A stretch of DNA of 64,000 nt, taken from assembly GCA_004764695.1 (NCBI GenBank), contig SMSO01000014.1, positions 5,880,029-5,944,028 of the forward strand, written 5' to 3'. The notes under the pieces were generated by a model. The model saw only the letters and a list, made by a program, of their open reading frames with translations, searched no databases and was not told the origin of the DNA. The DNA is from Schizochytrium sp. TIO01 (Eukaryota; Protista; Bigyra: Labyrinthulomycetes). Positions within the stretch are counted from its first letter, which is position 1, and each line of letters begins with the position of its first letter. The translations under genes were made by a program, and so were the position numbers. Shown here in pieces: positions 1 to 11,100 of this stretch.

Positions 1-890
1 ATCTGCATGCCGTCGAGGCAGCACATGTAAAGTGCTGTGGTGAGGACTAGCATGAGGGAGACAAGAAGACCAGCCATAATGTGAGGGGTGTTGCGAACCT
101 GGGTGTCGCTAATGTCCGGGAAGGCATCGAGGCGGCGGCGGCTTGTGCTGAGCTCAACGAGGTTGTTAGTCATTGGATGAGAAGGTGCCTTCTTGGCATT
201 GTCGCCGGTGAAGACGGCAACATAGCGATCAGCAACGTGCTTCTTCAAGGTCTCAAGGGTGTTGCCGATGGCAACATTCCAGCTCGCGATATCCTCGGGC
301 AACATAACCACAACCTTGAGCTTTCCAGCAGCAATCTTGGCACCAAGCTCACTGTCGAGAACCTTGGCATCCTGAGTAGGGTCCTGGACGGTGATGAGTG
401 TCTCCGGGTTCTTTCCGAAGGCCCAGCGGCTCCAGGCGGACTGAGTGCCGGGGCGAGAGGAGTCCACTACAAAGGGAAGAACCAGAGAGGATTTAGCAGC
501 ATTAAATGCGCTTCTGAGTGTCTTAACAACAGCCTTGGATCCCGGGATCTGCTCAAAAGATCCAAGAGCCTCGGAGACTTCCTTGGCACTCAGTTCAGGG
601 GCCAAAAAGAGCACTGTGGCCTGGGATTTTCCATGGTCTGCATCATACTTCACAGCATCCAGAAGGGGCTCGCTGGAGTCAGATTCGAAGCCAGAGATTT
701 GATCCACAAGGGTAGCGGCATCAGTTTCGTCAAGACCCTCGAGACCAGCGTACACATTCTGGCCACTAAAAGTGGCCTGCGGTGCCCAGATCAGCACAGG
801 CACGGGGAGCTTCGAGGAAGTAGTGCAAGCAGCTGAGGTGGTCTCCACGGATCCTGCCAGAGCCAGAACGAGCACCGCAATCGAACGCAT
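1..890 (-). CDS. V-ATPase accessory subunit S1 (Ac45/ATP6AP1/Voa1-like), 3' end runs off the window
   Basis: My translation from the ATG at 890 is open to the window edge: signal peptide MRSIAVLVLALAGS, PVLIW motif, FNAAKSSLVLPFV, RYVAVFTG, basic site SRRRL, then TPHIMAGLLVSLMLVLTTALYMCCLDGMQ resembling the Ac45/VOA1 transmembrane segment. Absent from the ORF track because no stop lies in the window. Confidence 0.75.
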   Translation of the reverse strand, partial: MRSIAVLVLALAGSVETTSAACTTSSKLPVPVLIWAPQATFSGQNVYAGLEGLDETDAATLVDQISGFESDSSEPLLDAVKYDADHGKSQATVLFLAPELSAKEVSEALGSFEQIPGSKAVVKTLRSAFNAAKSSLVLPFVVDSSRPGTQSAWSRWAFGKNPETLITVQDPTQDAKVLDSELGAKIAAGKLKVVVMLPEDIASWNVAIGNTLETLKKHVADRYVAVFTGDNAKKAPSHPMTNNLVELSTSRRRLDAFPDISDTQVRNTPHIMAGLLVSLMLVLTTALYMCCLDGMQ

Positions 891-3129
891 GATAGTTTGC
901 ATTTTGATATTAAGATTGATACTGATTGGATCGATCTTTATGAATAGTCGATAATGTTTATATTGTGTATCTGCTCGCAGCAACGTCAGGGTTTCCTGAG
1001 CCGTCCAGCGAGACCTCAGAAAGAGCACTATCCACAGTCCACGGGTTCTCCACAGATGCTACAGAAGCTGGGACGAGCGGCGTCAACGACGGCGGAGACA
1101 AAGAGACAAAGTTGTACGAGCTAGCTGATAGCTACAGCACCAGCGATGACGACCTCGACGAAGGCCTCTCCTCAGTGTTCGGGAGGGCTGGGTTGAGAGG
1201 CTGAGTGAAGGGTTGTCCTACTAGCTTCTCTGCCTCCTGCTCGGTGTCTTCGTGCCTCCCAGAGAGAGGCGCGCGCTGCTTCGTGTCTGCCGCGGCTTCG
1301 CCGCTGCTTTCTCTGCTTCTCTTCTCCCTCTTTATAACTCTAGAGAAGCATAACATAATGTTATTATTTGCTATTCTTTTATGTATGATGACTTACTTAT
1401 TCCATTTTACTTTCATTAAAATTAATTTGAATGAAATAACTACTAAAAATCATCATGAATTTACACCATAACCTGAAACAAAACAGAAGAGATATTCCAT
1501 CGCCAAAGTAGACTCTCGAATCCATCTGTTCATAAGGGTACAGATACAAAGCGTTCAGGTCTTTAAGGGCGTAAGAACCGACGTCAATGTAGACGACGGA
1601 CGATTATTTTTAATTAACATTATCTCATCGAAGTGATAACCATCGATGTTCTTGGGCCAGATCTTCATTCTAGGTGTGGTTTGCACAACTATTATTCATG
1701 GCATTCCGCAACGTTGAGGGGTATTTTGGAGAGCTTGTTATCATTCGTCTGCACCGCAAGACATGAATCTCGTGGCGTCGTATTTGGTCTTTGCTTTGGA
1801 TGTTGATTGCCTTCGCGTTTTGCCAAGCTGCAAACGGCAATATTGTTAGTTTTTTAGCAATCCGCCGGCTACTTATTATTTAATTACTTATCGAAGGCTG
1901 AAAATAAAGTAAAGTTTCTGTTTTCTATTAACAACGATTCTGAAAGAACAACCACTGTGCGACTATTATCGAGCGTATTTAAAGCTCTTCAGGGCGATGG
2001 GGGCGCTTGAAACTAGTGCAGTTTTGTGTCGCTTGTGCGCCTTTCCCTTCTCAGAGGTTGCATACATATTATTGATGAAAAGCATCCATTTGGCAGAGCT
2101 TCTTTATCATCAAGCAAGATACGTGCTTTTTCCTCTTGGTAGAGTTTATCCGACACTGGAGCTAAATTATACGTACACCTCCCAGAAGAGAATCTTAGAT
2201 TCCCCTCACCTCCTCTATGTCAAAATCCTAACTATCCTTGTATTTTAATAGTTTACACTAAAATATACCCTCATGATACACTGCAACAATAGCACTTTAT
2301 ATTCAACAGTGTGGTACCTCCAACTTCTACTGTATGTTTTTTTTCTTTATGCATCGACTCCCTCGGCCTAATATCCTCTCTGCTTGTTAGCTTAGCTTCC
2401 TGTATCCTTATTTATCCGATACCTCCGCCTCGTAAACAGAAATCCTAAAGTATCAAAAAGTAGGTCGTGCCTTGCCAATTTTCACCTCAAGCAAATGAAT
2501 AACCATGTGGACAAGTTGGTACAGATATTATAAAGTCAGCAACGAAACGATATAAATGTTTCTCGTGCCACACCAATGATATGTGCGATTTCAATGTGAA
2601 GAAGTTGCAGGCATCCTGAAAAGACATATTTCGTTATACTGGTCACGATCAATTATAAAGAAATCAAAAAATAGACTATAAAACACAGAGGATGATACAT
2701 CATAACACAATACATCGTGCGGAAACAGACACCAACTGCAGGACCCAATGAGAACCAAAAAGCAAGGAAATCAGTGAAGGAGCTGGAATGCAAAACACTG
2801 CTGCATGCAACCTCGAAAGGGTGATGAAGTGTCTGAGCATTCACTTCAATTCACGCCAAATGCAGCGACGAATTTATGACAATGACAATCATGATAATGA
2901 ATGATTTGTAAATAAACAATAATATGAAATGAAAAGAAATATTGTTTCTCATAGATAGATAGATAGATAGCGAGGAGGAGAAGAAGCAAACCAAACCAAG
3001 CTCTCCAGTCGGCGTGAGCACGCGAGGACGCGAGGACGCGCGCACGCAGGCCCGCAGACAGGAGCTCACACCTCCCTCACCTCCCCGTTACCCGCGCCGC
3101 TATCCCCTTATCGGCCGCCTTTCCTCATC

Positions 3130-4149
3130 ATGGCGGGCATCTCTATCTCGCAGTTTCTTCTGCCTCTGGCCGTTCTTGCCGTCGCGTCTTCGACGGTTTC
3201 CGCGCAGGATGCTGCTCTCTCTGTAAGTGGTTTCGGAGTGCACCAAAGCTCCTCCTCCAGCGCTTCATCTGCCCCTCTTCAGGACGTATCCGCCGTGGCT
3301 GCTCGCCTCTTGGGTCTTGACGTGCCTCTGGACCGCTCTATCTCCTTCGCTGGCGACCTTTTTGCGCGGCCTACTGCGTGTGTGGTCCTTGCCATCGAGA
3401 ATGTTGGCCTTGGAGACCTCTCCGGCGCAGCAGACCTTCCCAACTTGCGCTCTAGCTTCGCAGAGGCCTCTGCTGTAGCTCTCGAGCAGCCTCGCAAATG
3501 GTCTCTGGCCGCTGACGCTGCTGACGTTAAGCTCGCCCACGCGCTGTCTTATGGTCGCGCTCGCTTCGCGAACATCCTTCGCGCACAGTTTCCCGACAGC
3601 TTGGTAGTGACTGCTGGGTCTGACGAGGCCATGATGTCTGCTGTGGGACCTGCAGAGGCGTTTTATGGTGCCGGCGAGGAGGTTGAGACCTTCCTGCAGG
3701 CCGCTGAGATGCTGGACAGCGCCAAGGCTGTTGACGAGGCCCCGGACTTTGTTGTGCTCCCTGTTGGACAGTTCAAGGAGGAAAATGGTGAAGCAGAACG
3801 CATTAAGAAACTGGAGGCATTTGATAAGAGGGTTCCTGAGGTGGTGAAGGCATTCCAAGATAAGTTTGGACAACGCGCAGCTGTGCAAATTGTGCTGCTC
3901 GGAAAGTCCATGCCGGCATGCGACCATGGGCGTCTGCTGCTGGAGTCTAACTCAAGCTCGTCGAACTCAACTTCTTCGGAACTCACGTACACCACCAACC
4001 AGATTGCCGACTACTTGCTCATGAGTTGGACATCGGTTGTGCTCTTTCTGTTCTTGCTCATGTTCTTCCTTTGTGTGCCCTGGTCTGACGAGCTCGACCC
4101 CATCTTGTACTCTGGCCTCCAGCAGGACGATGCCAAGAAGGAGATGTAA
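3130..4149 (+). CDS. V-ATPase accessory protein ATP6AP2/(pro)renin receptor-like type I membrane protein
   Basis: 339-aa intronless ORF. Signal peptide; DVSAVAARLLGL..GDLFARPTACVVLAIENV parallels ATP6AP2 DVAALSMGF..GNLFHRPRATVMVMVKGV; GRLLL before a C-terminal TM; tail DPILYS (cf. DSIIYR) ending KKEM. Confidence 0.8.
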   Translation: MAGISISQFLLPLAVLAVASSTVSAQDAALSVSGFGVHQSSSSSASSAPLQDVSAVAARLLGLDVPLDRSISFAGDLFARPTACVVLAIENVGLGDLSGAADLPNLRSSFAEASAVALEQPRKWSLAADAADVKLAHALSYGRARFANILRAQFPDSLVVTAGSDEAMMSAVGPAEAFYGAGEEVETFLQAAEMLDSAKAVDEAPDFVVLPVGQFKEENGEAERIKKLEAFDKRVPEVVKAFQDKFGQRAAVQIVLLGKSMPACDHGRLLLESNSSSSNSTSSELTYTTNQIADYLLMSWTSVVLFLFLLMFFLCVPWSDELDPILYSGLQQDDAKKEM

Positions 4150-5115
4150 GGTATTTGATAATTCTAGTAGAGTACGCGCGTGCCGCGAAGCTCTGTTGTT
4201 GTTTTTTTGACGGTGGAGGCTATCAACTCTAAATTGCCACAACTACGCATGCTACAGCTGCATACCTCAGCCCTAAACCTTCTTATAACCCGCTTACTCA
4301 CGGCCACTTCTGTGCGGCCAGTTCACTGCCGCTTGGGCCTTCCCCGCCGTGTAGACAAATAAGGCCGAACTTGGTTTATAAGGCCGAGTTTCGCTCTCAA
4401 GCCCGCACAACCTTGCCTCGCCTACGATGACCTTCATTTGGTACGTACGTAGATCGCCAGTAAGGGGGGAGTTTAGGCGAACTCAATGGGAGAGAGATTT
4501 CCTTAAATGATTGAACACAAGTAAACACAAAACAAGAGCATTCACACATTTGCCCACTTTGAAACCTCTTTTGAGGTCTGTTTTGTTTTTTGTTCTTTGT
4601 TTTTTCCCTTGTTACATGCACCACATTTGCAGTCAGCCTTGGCCCTTTCATCATTCAAAGCTCCAGCTTCGTCTCTTGCAGGTATAGTTCTACACTGGTA
4701 GAAACATAGAGAAAAGAGCATAGCTGTCCAGGAGGTTAGATTATAATTCACAGGTATCAAGAGAGAAGTATTAATTGCTTTTTAACTGACAATATTTTGG
4801 ATGATTTCGTGGTGTGGTTTCTACTTTTTGTCTTTACACTGCATTTAAGCAGTTGATAACTGTTGGAGATTACAGTACGAACGTATGACATGTATGTTTC
4901 TTACTTTAAAAAGGAAACCAAGGGAGCGGCATCCTAATGATACCATGCTACTCACTTTCCTTGCTCCCCAAAATAACATTATTTCCGTAACCTTCGTTCG
5001 ATAATGAAGATGTGTCACGAGGTATCCACCCAAACTTTACGTCAAACTTGATGGGCGCGATTATGGAGGGGATCACAGAGCTGCCACTTAGAAGAGCATT
5101 TGGTCCTGTTTTATA

Positions 5116-5232
5116 GCGCCACCACCACCACCACCACTATCATCATCATCATCAGCAGCAGCAGCAGCAACAACAACAACAACAACAACAAGAACAACAA
5201 CAACAACAACAGCAGCAGCAGCAACAGCAAGA
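5116..5232. repeat. Compound trinucleotide microsatellite (CAC/CAT/CAG/CAA)n
   Basis: Successive runs of cac, cat, cag, caa and cag are directly visible. Confidence 0.95.
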
Positions 5233-5463
5233 ACGATGAAAATAACACTTCCGAATTAAAAAGCATATTGGAATCAAGAGGTCATGCACAATCGTGATTA
5301 GACTTTGATAGGAGAGATGAAGAATCAGGCTAATTCATATTAAAAGGAATAAAACTACAACGAAACAATTTAACTCTGATGATACTATCTTGCTCATCCA
5401 AGTACCGTCAGAATTGAATCATATAAATAAAATTTATTCTTGACGGTCTATTGTAAGATGGGG

Positions 5464-6828
5464 TTACTGAATCTCAGAAAACCCAAAACTTTGCTGTGAC
5501 ACTTTGACACTGTGCACAATATCATTAATACCGCAGACCCCTTCGCGAATTCTAAAAAAACCATTTTCGCCCCACTTTGGGCCCCATGAATTCTTCACCC
5601 GAAACCAGCCCGGACCGTGTCCAGTGATCAGAACAGCATGATTCTTTGCGCTAGAGCTGCAAAACCATGGGTTTGCTACGCCTCGGTGATAAAACTGAAG
5701 CATTGTTGCGTCCATCACAGCTGTAGAAGGCCCCTCTTCAGCAATTTGTTGGATTTGTTCCTCAATATCAGTCGAAAGTAATTTATAAGATGTTGTAGTA
5801 CCCAAACGCTTCTCATGAAGCCAAGACTTGTTTGTACAAAAATCTTTCCCAGACTGACCTTGAGTGCTGGTCTTATTGCAGTACAAGTCACTATGGTCAC
5901 CGCATCCTGCCTCAGAATAACCCTTGGCCATGCAGGGAAAGCAAGCGGGCATTAGTGTCTTCGGATCAACTTCTCCTGCACAGTAGCTAAAGTCCTTCTC
6001 AGCCACGAAGCCGCCTTGATTTCTCCAAAATTCAAAGACAAGGTGCGGCCAGCCACCAAATTCGCCACAGTCCGCAATAGTTTGGTCCTTGATGGTTTCG
6101 TGCTCAGTGTCGCACTCCAATGGGTGCTCTACACTAACGGTGACGTTCTTCACCCCGTAATGGATTGCAAGTTGGCTTTCCACAGCGCCTGCCGCTGCAA
6201 ATGCGTAGCATGTGCCAATGCTCCCTTGCTCACGCACGGCCGAAACAGCACCTTTGTCGCCCCAATCGAAATCTATCTCTTCGCTGTAGTGCTTTGATTG
6301 GCCTTCAACAGGACGAAAGCCTAGATCTCTAGAATCTACTTCCCGCATGAGAACCTTTTGTGTGAACTCTAGAGGCGACATATCCCCAAACGGGCTATGG
6401 TCTGCAGAGTACTCGGCGTCGCCATGCATATTGAGGCCTTCTACGATTCCAAGATTGTTGGCAAATGTATGAATCTGCTCGCATGAGATTGGTTCGTCTT
6501 CGCGGTCATGACGGAGTCTAAATTCGGCATACCTCGTAGACAGCCAGTCCTGGCCGGGTACGCACAACCTTGCTGCATCAAGCAGCTTCACTCTCGCTCC
6601 TTCTTCGAGCAGCCAGTTTTCTCGCAGCTCTTGTTGCTGTCTCTTCCCTAGGAGATCGCCTTGCTTGAAGTTCTGCTTTTCACGGTTCCAAGCGGCGCCA
6701 TCAAGAATTTCATCTAACCGTCCAGAGACTTGTGGTAGAAAGCCTTCGCGTTCCGCAACTATGAGTAGTGCCAGCAGTACCACCAGCGCCACCAGCACAT
6801 AGATGACTCTCTGCTCTCTGTCCTTCAT
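5464..6828 (-). CDS. Papain-family (C1A) cysteine protease with I29-like prodomain and N-terminal membrane anchor
   Basis: First ATG at 6828 (the track starts at TTG 6837). TM VIYVLVALVVLLALLIVA; prodomain EQIHTFANNLGIVEGLN and SPFGDMSPLEF; mature FDW..GAVSAVREQGSIGTCYAF (Cys codon 6208-6210), NHAVLITGHG, VKNSWG..WGENGFFRI. Confidence 0.92.
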   Translation of the reverse strand: MKDREQRVIYVLVALVVLLALLIVAEREGFLPQVSGRLDEILDGAAWNREKQNFKQGDLLGKRQQQELRENWLLEEGARVKLLDAARLCVPGQDWLSTRYAEFRLRHDREDEPISCEQIHTFANNLGIVEGLNMHGDAEYSADHSPFGDMSPLEFTQKVLMREVDSRDLGFRPVEGQSKHYSEEIDFDWGDKGAVSAVREQGSIGTCYAFAAAGAVESQLAIHYGVKNVTVSVEHPLECDTEHETIKDQTIADCGEFGGWPHLVFEFWRNQGGFVAEKDFSYCAGEVDPKTLMPACFPCMAKGYSEAGCGDHSDLYCNKTSTQGQSGKDFCTNKSWLHEKRLGTTTSYKLLSTDIEEQIQQIAEEGPSTAVMDATMLQFYHRGVANPWFCSSSAKNHAVLITGHGPGWFRVKNSWGPKWGENGFFRIREGVCGINDIVHSVKVSQQSFGFSEIQ

Positions 6829-8141
6829 GATGCCCAACTCGGTTCATGAGATTGTCATCCCTGATCGAGGTTTGCTTCCGTGCCATCGCCTTCTTATAAA
6901 TTTCTCTGCTCACGGATTATTCCTTTTCCTCATTTTTGTGCTTCCATTTTTTAATTAAAAACTTTTCCCGCCCTTTTTTCCCCTTCAAGTTAAGTTTCTT
7001 CTTCCGTTTTCTTTTATTTTTCATAAATCAACCTACCAGCTCATAATAAAACTTGATAGCTCCTACTCCTTAGTGCAAATTCGTGAAAAATACGCGATTC
7101 CGACCTGCACGACTGGGAATCCACAACACGTTTCAGAGGACAGCAAGCCCCGCCAACAAGTTCTAGGGAGCAAGAGAACAACGAGTTTTAGAAAACCACA
7201 AGTTTCATTACGCATATTACATTGTTTTATTCATTTTTTATTAAAAACGCGTAAGAGGAACTCCGGTGAGTTTCCTTTCGAGCGCTGAGTATATAATATT
7301 ATATGTATGAAAAAGTGCGATGAAATCATGTGCGTGGCATAATATCATAGATACAGCAGCAGAATGTACCAGCGATGAGAGATAGCGATGAGAAGAAGCA
7401 AAGCAAAGCAAAGCAAAGCAAAGAAACAACAAGATTTGAGAGTAATTAGGTATTCGGAAATAGGGATGTGTGGCAACAATGTTCAATTCTGGAGCAGTGA
7501 GGTTGGATGGCAATCTGGACAAAATGACTGGACTTAAGCTTTCACCAAGTGAGCGAAAGGGTTGACTGAACGCCTGTCTGAGTGATTGAGAGAAGTGAGT
7601 ACCTTCGACTGGTGAGAGTGGACTTGTACGTGATTAGTAAAAACTCGAACAAGAGCATAGGTACCTACCTATCTCGGTATGATTTGGTGTCTCTCTCACA
7701 TAGCTCTTTTTTGAGCTACGGGCGCCATTTGAAAGGCATCGTAAAATAGTCTGCTTGGCTTTGCAATCATTTTGCGGTGCATAAGAACCTACTTACTAGG
7801 TAGGAGGCACCAACCAACCTATGAAAGTTTCGGTTTCATAGGTGAACGTATTAGGGATCATCAGCGCAATTGCTTTACAAAAAGCAGTAAAAGGAAAATG
7901 GAGACGCAGGAGATAGCCAGCTTGGTGTGGGCCAGGAGGATACAGCGAGAGGCAGGAGCAAATACAAGAGTAACAACACATGACTTGGGATTGCTCTTCT
8001 GAAAATAGTGTTCAGCACAAGCAAATACAAAGCGAACGTAAAAGCTTCTAAGTGCAAACTTTCCGAAAACCCGGCCTGGCCACCCACCTGTTCAATCATT
8101 AAGAGGTACGTCCATTCGTTTGTTCGATAAATGGGCTTATC

Positions 8142-11100
8142 TTATCCTTCAATAGCTTCCTTCTCACGATCATCATCTACAAATGAGACTGATCCGTCAC
8201 TCTTGAGTGAACGACGCGAGGAGCTTTTCGCAGACAAAAGGCTTCTAGGTTTCATGCTCAACATACTCTTTATTGAGGCACGGCGAATGCAGCGGCGCAA
8301 GTTGCTGCGCATCTCGTCTGTGGAGCGGTGTACGCCGTGGAGATCCATGCCAGTAGCCTCCCAATGCCTGAGCAAGTCGCTCATACTCCACACAGGTCGT
8401 TTGCCTGGGTGGTCGGGATCAAGCAAGCGGATCGGGTCCTCCACGGGGTCACCAAACAAGTTGGTGAGACTATCGCGCAAGCTGTTGCGCGACATCTCTT
8501 CCTTTTCGAGGTCAGACCATTTCGTCTCCTCTACAAATTCTCTGCGCTCTTCTCGAACCCATTCAGGCCAAGTCTGCAGCCAAGCCTCAAAACCCTCATC
8601 GTCAACTCCGAGGGCCTCCTGACGCGCGGCATCGAGATCAGCAGGGTCTACATTCACATATGCACTGTAGATCATGTCTTCTGCAGACACCGGTAGGTCC
8701 AGGTCCTTGCGGAGATCAATCTCGAAGCGAAGGTATACACAAACATCATCAACACCGCCTTGAGTCTTGACAAACTTTTGGATTACACGTCGAGCATGCT
8801 GATGCACAATGTCAAGATTCATGACTCCACGTCCAACCTCACGGAGTTTCTCTTTATCTCCGCGGGCATGAGCCACTCGACTCACAAGTGAGATCTGGTT
8901 GAGAGCCCAGATTGGTTTATCACCGCAGGTATCAACAGAGTCCACCATACGCGTGATAATTTCTTCACGAGCATACTCATCAGTGGCCAAGGTCTCCAGC
9001 GCCTCCATGACACGACGTGCAAGGCCACTTTGCATACTTGTATTTTGGAACTCTTGGGAGATGCGCAACTTTGACAGAAACACAAGAACACCGCGCAAGT
9101 TGTCAGGAGAGATGAAAGAATCAACTTTGACCGGTTCGATCCGCTTTTCGTCATTTTCTTCGAGTCCTTCGTTAGCGGTATCAGTCCAAAATTGTACAGC
9201 CTCGCTAAGCGAAGAAAATGTAGCACTCATAGAAAAGCCTCCAAAGTTAAGCATGTTATTCTGACGGTCAAGATCGACCCACTCGTCGCTAGACATGTTA
9301 AAGTGACCGCGAAGAATATCTTGAGCAATTTGAGTAACATCGCCGCTGTACTCACCGCCACGTGCGCAACGATCAAGTATGTCAACACCTTCTCCATCAC
9401 GAAGCTGGTTCTTGATATCTTCATAAGAGTCAGGATCCGGGTGCTCGTGTTCTACATCAGGCTCAGTGCTGGCATCACGTAGACTACGTAGTGTCTCGCT
9501 GATCGACTCTACAGCTAACATACTATCTTGAACCTGGCTCGGGCGATCGCGCAACGTCTCCACAAATGCATCAATGCAACCGGCATCTAAAACTGCATGA
9601 ACCTGGCTGATAGACCCTCCTGCAAGTGCATTGCGTAGGCACCACAATGCTTCCGTCTTGAGGCTGTGAAAGGTATCAGGAGTAGTAACAACCGTAGCAA
9701 TTTTTGGAATCGCGCCAAGCTCGATGACAGTAGAAATTTGGTGGCGAGGACCAGCAAGCACATTTGAAATCATCCACAAGGCTTCTCTATATAGTGCAGT
9801 ATTTCCGACAGCCGATGGAGCATCATCCAGGAAATTAATAACTATGGGCATAGCCCCAACGTCAATAACAGTCTGAGTGAGGTCGTCATTGCCCGTAACA
9901 ACATTGCCGATCAACCGGAGTGCCGGCATGTAGACTCGGAATTCAGAGTGGGAGAGACAGTCTTTAGCGTAATTGAGCAACTGTGGCTGTTGTACAACCA
10001 ATTCGATGTCCTCATCCGAGCCATCCCCCACTAAGGGCTGACAAGATGGACATTGCATGTATCAGACCTCGAACAACGGACGGGAGGTGGGGTGCATCAG
10101 GATCAGGTGTTGGAGTGGTAAACCCAAGGGTGTGCTGCTGAAAGTAGTCACAGCGGTAAATGTCGTCCTCGTCGCTCTGGGTGGTTCTACATTGATCTAG
10201 AGTGTACAGTGTGGGTAGCATCTTTGCGACCACTGGTACAAATTTTTTGGTAGAATCCCGCGCTGGGTACGGACGCTGGGTACAGATAAAGTCAAGCAGG
10301 TGAAGGCAGGGAACAACCGTGGCTCGGCGTGTTTCTTGGTCTTCAACATCAAGTTTCTCCATCAATTTCTCGAGTGGATCCAACACTTTAAACTCCAATA
10401 GCAGTTTGTCACGTATCTCACGAGGGTCAGAGGCGCGCTGCATAACCTGAACGAGGGCACTCACTGCAACACCGCAGGCTACCGAGCCACCACCACGCGA
10501 CTTAGTCTTTGCTTTGGAGTGGTGTTGCTCAGTTGACTTGAGTGCCCCGCAAAGCGGCGCAATGATGGAAACCGCGTCGTTGATATCTAGTGGGCCCTCA
10601 AGGCCACACTTAAGGCGGATAAAGAGCATGGCGGCCGCCACGATCATTTGGAGGTTGGCATCTGATGATGCACGACGATGTTTGAGTAAAGATTCCAATG
10701 CGTCTACCAGCACAGCGTGGTGCTGTTCATTGTCATCAATGGCACCCTTTGGAGCACTCACAACGCCGAGCAGCCAGCTGGCAACGTGCTGTGGTTTGAG
10801 GTAGGATTGTTCATTAACTGCATGGGCGAGCTTGCTGAGATCGCCGCGGTAGGTTTCGATCATTTCCTCTTGGCTACTCGAGGTACTCACAGTGTTGATC
10901 CATCCTGAGAGTCTGCTCTGACGACGTTTAATGCCTGCACCATGGATGAGTTCTTTTTCTCTACGGAAACTACGTCGCCCACGTAGAGATAAGCCGGATG
11001 TTGAGGATCTGTCACTAGAGGATTCATTACGCTGTGAGGCCTCGTCGTTTCCGTTTCCGTCATCATTGTCGTCGAGCGCTAGCTCTTCGGCATGGTCCCC

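Noticed and set aside
81-836. 251-aa plus-strand ORF
   Set aside because: Antisense shadow of the ATP6AP1-like gene; GTG start and no motifs.
3265-3998. Minus-strand ORFs over the ATP6AP2-like gene
   Set aside because: Antisense shadows of a GC-rich CDS.
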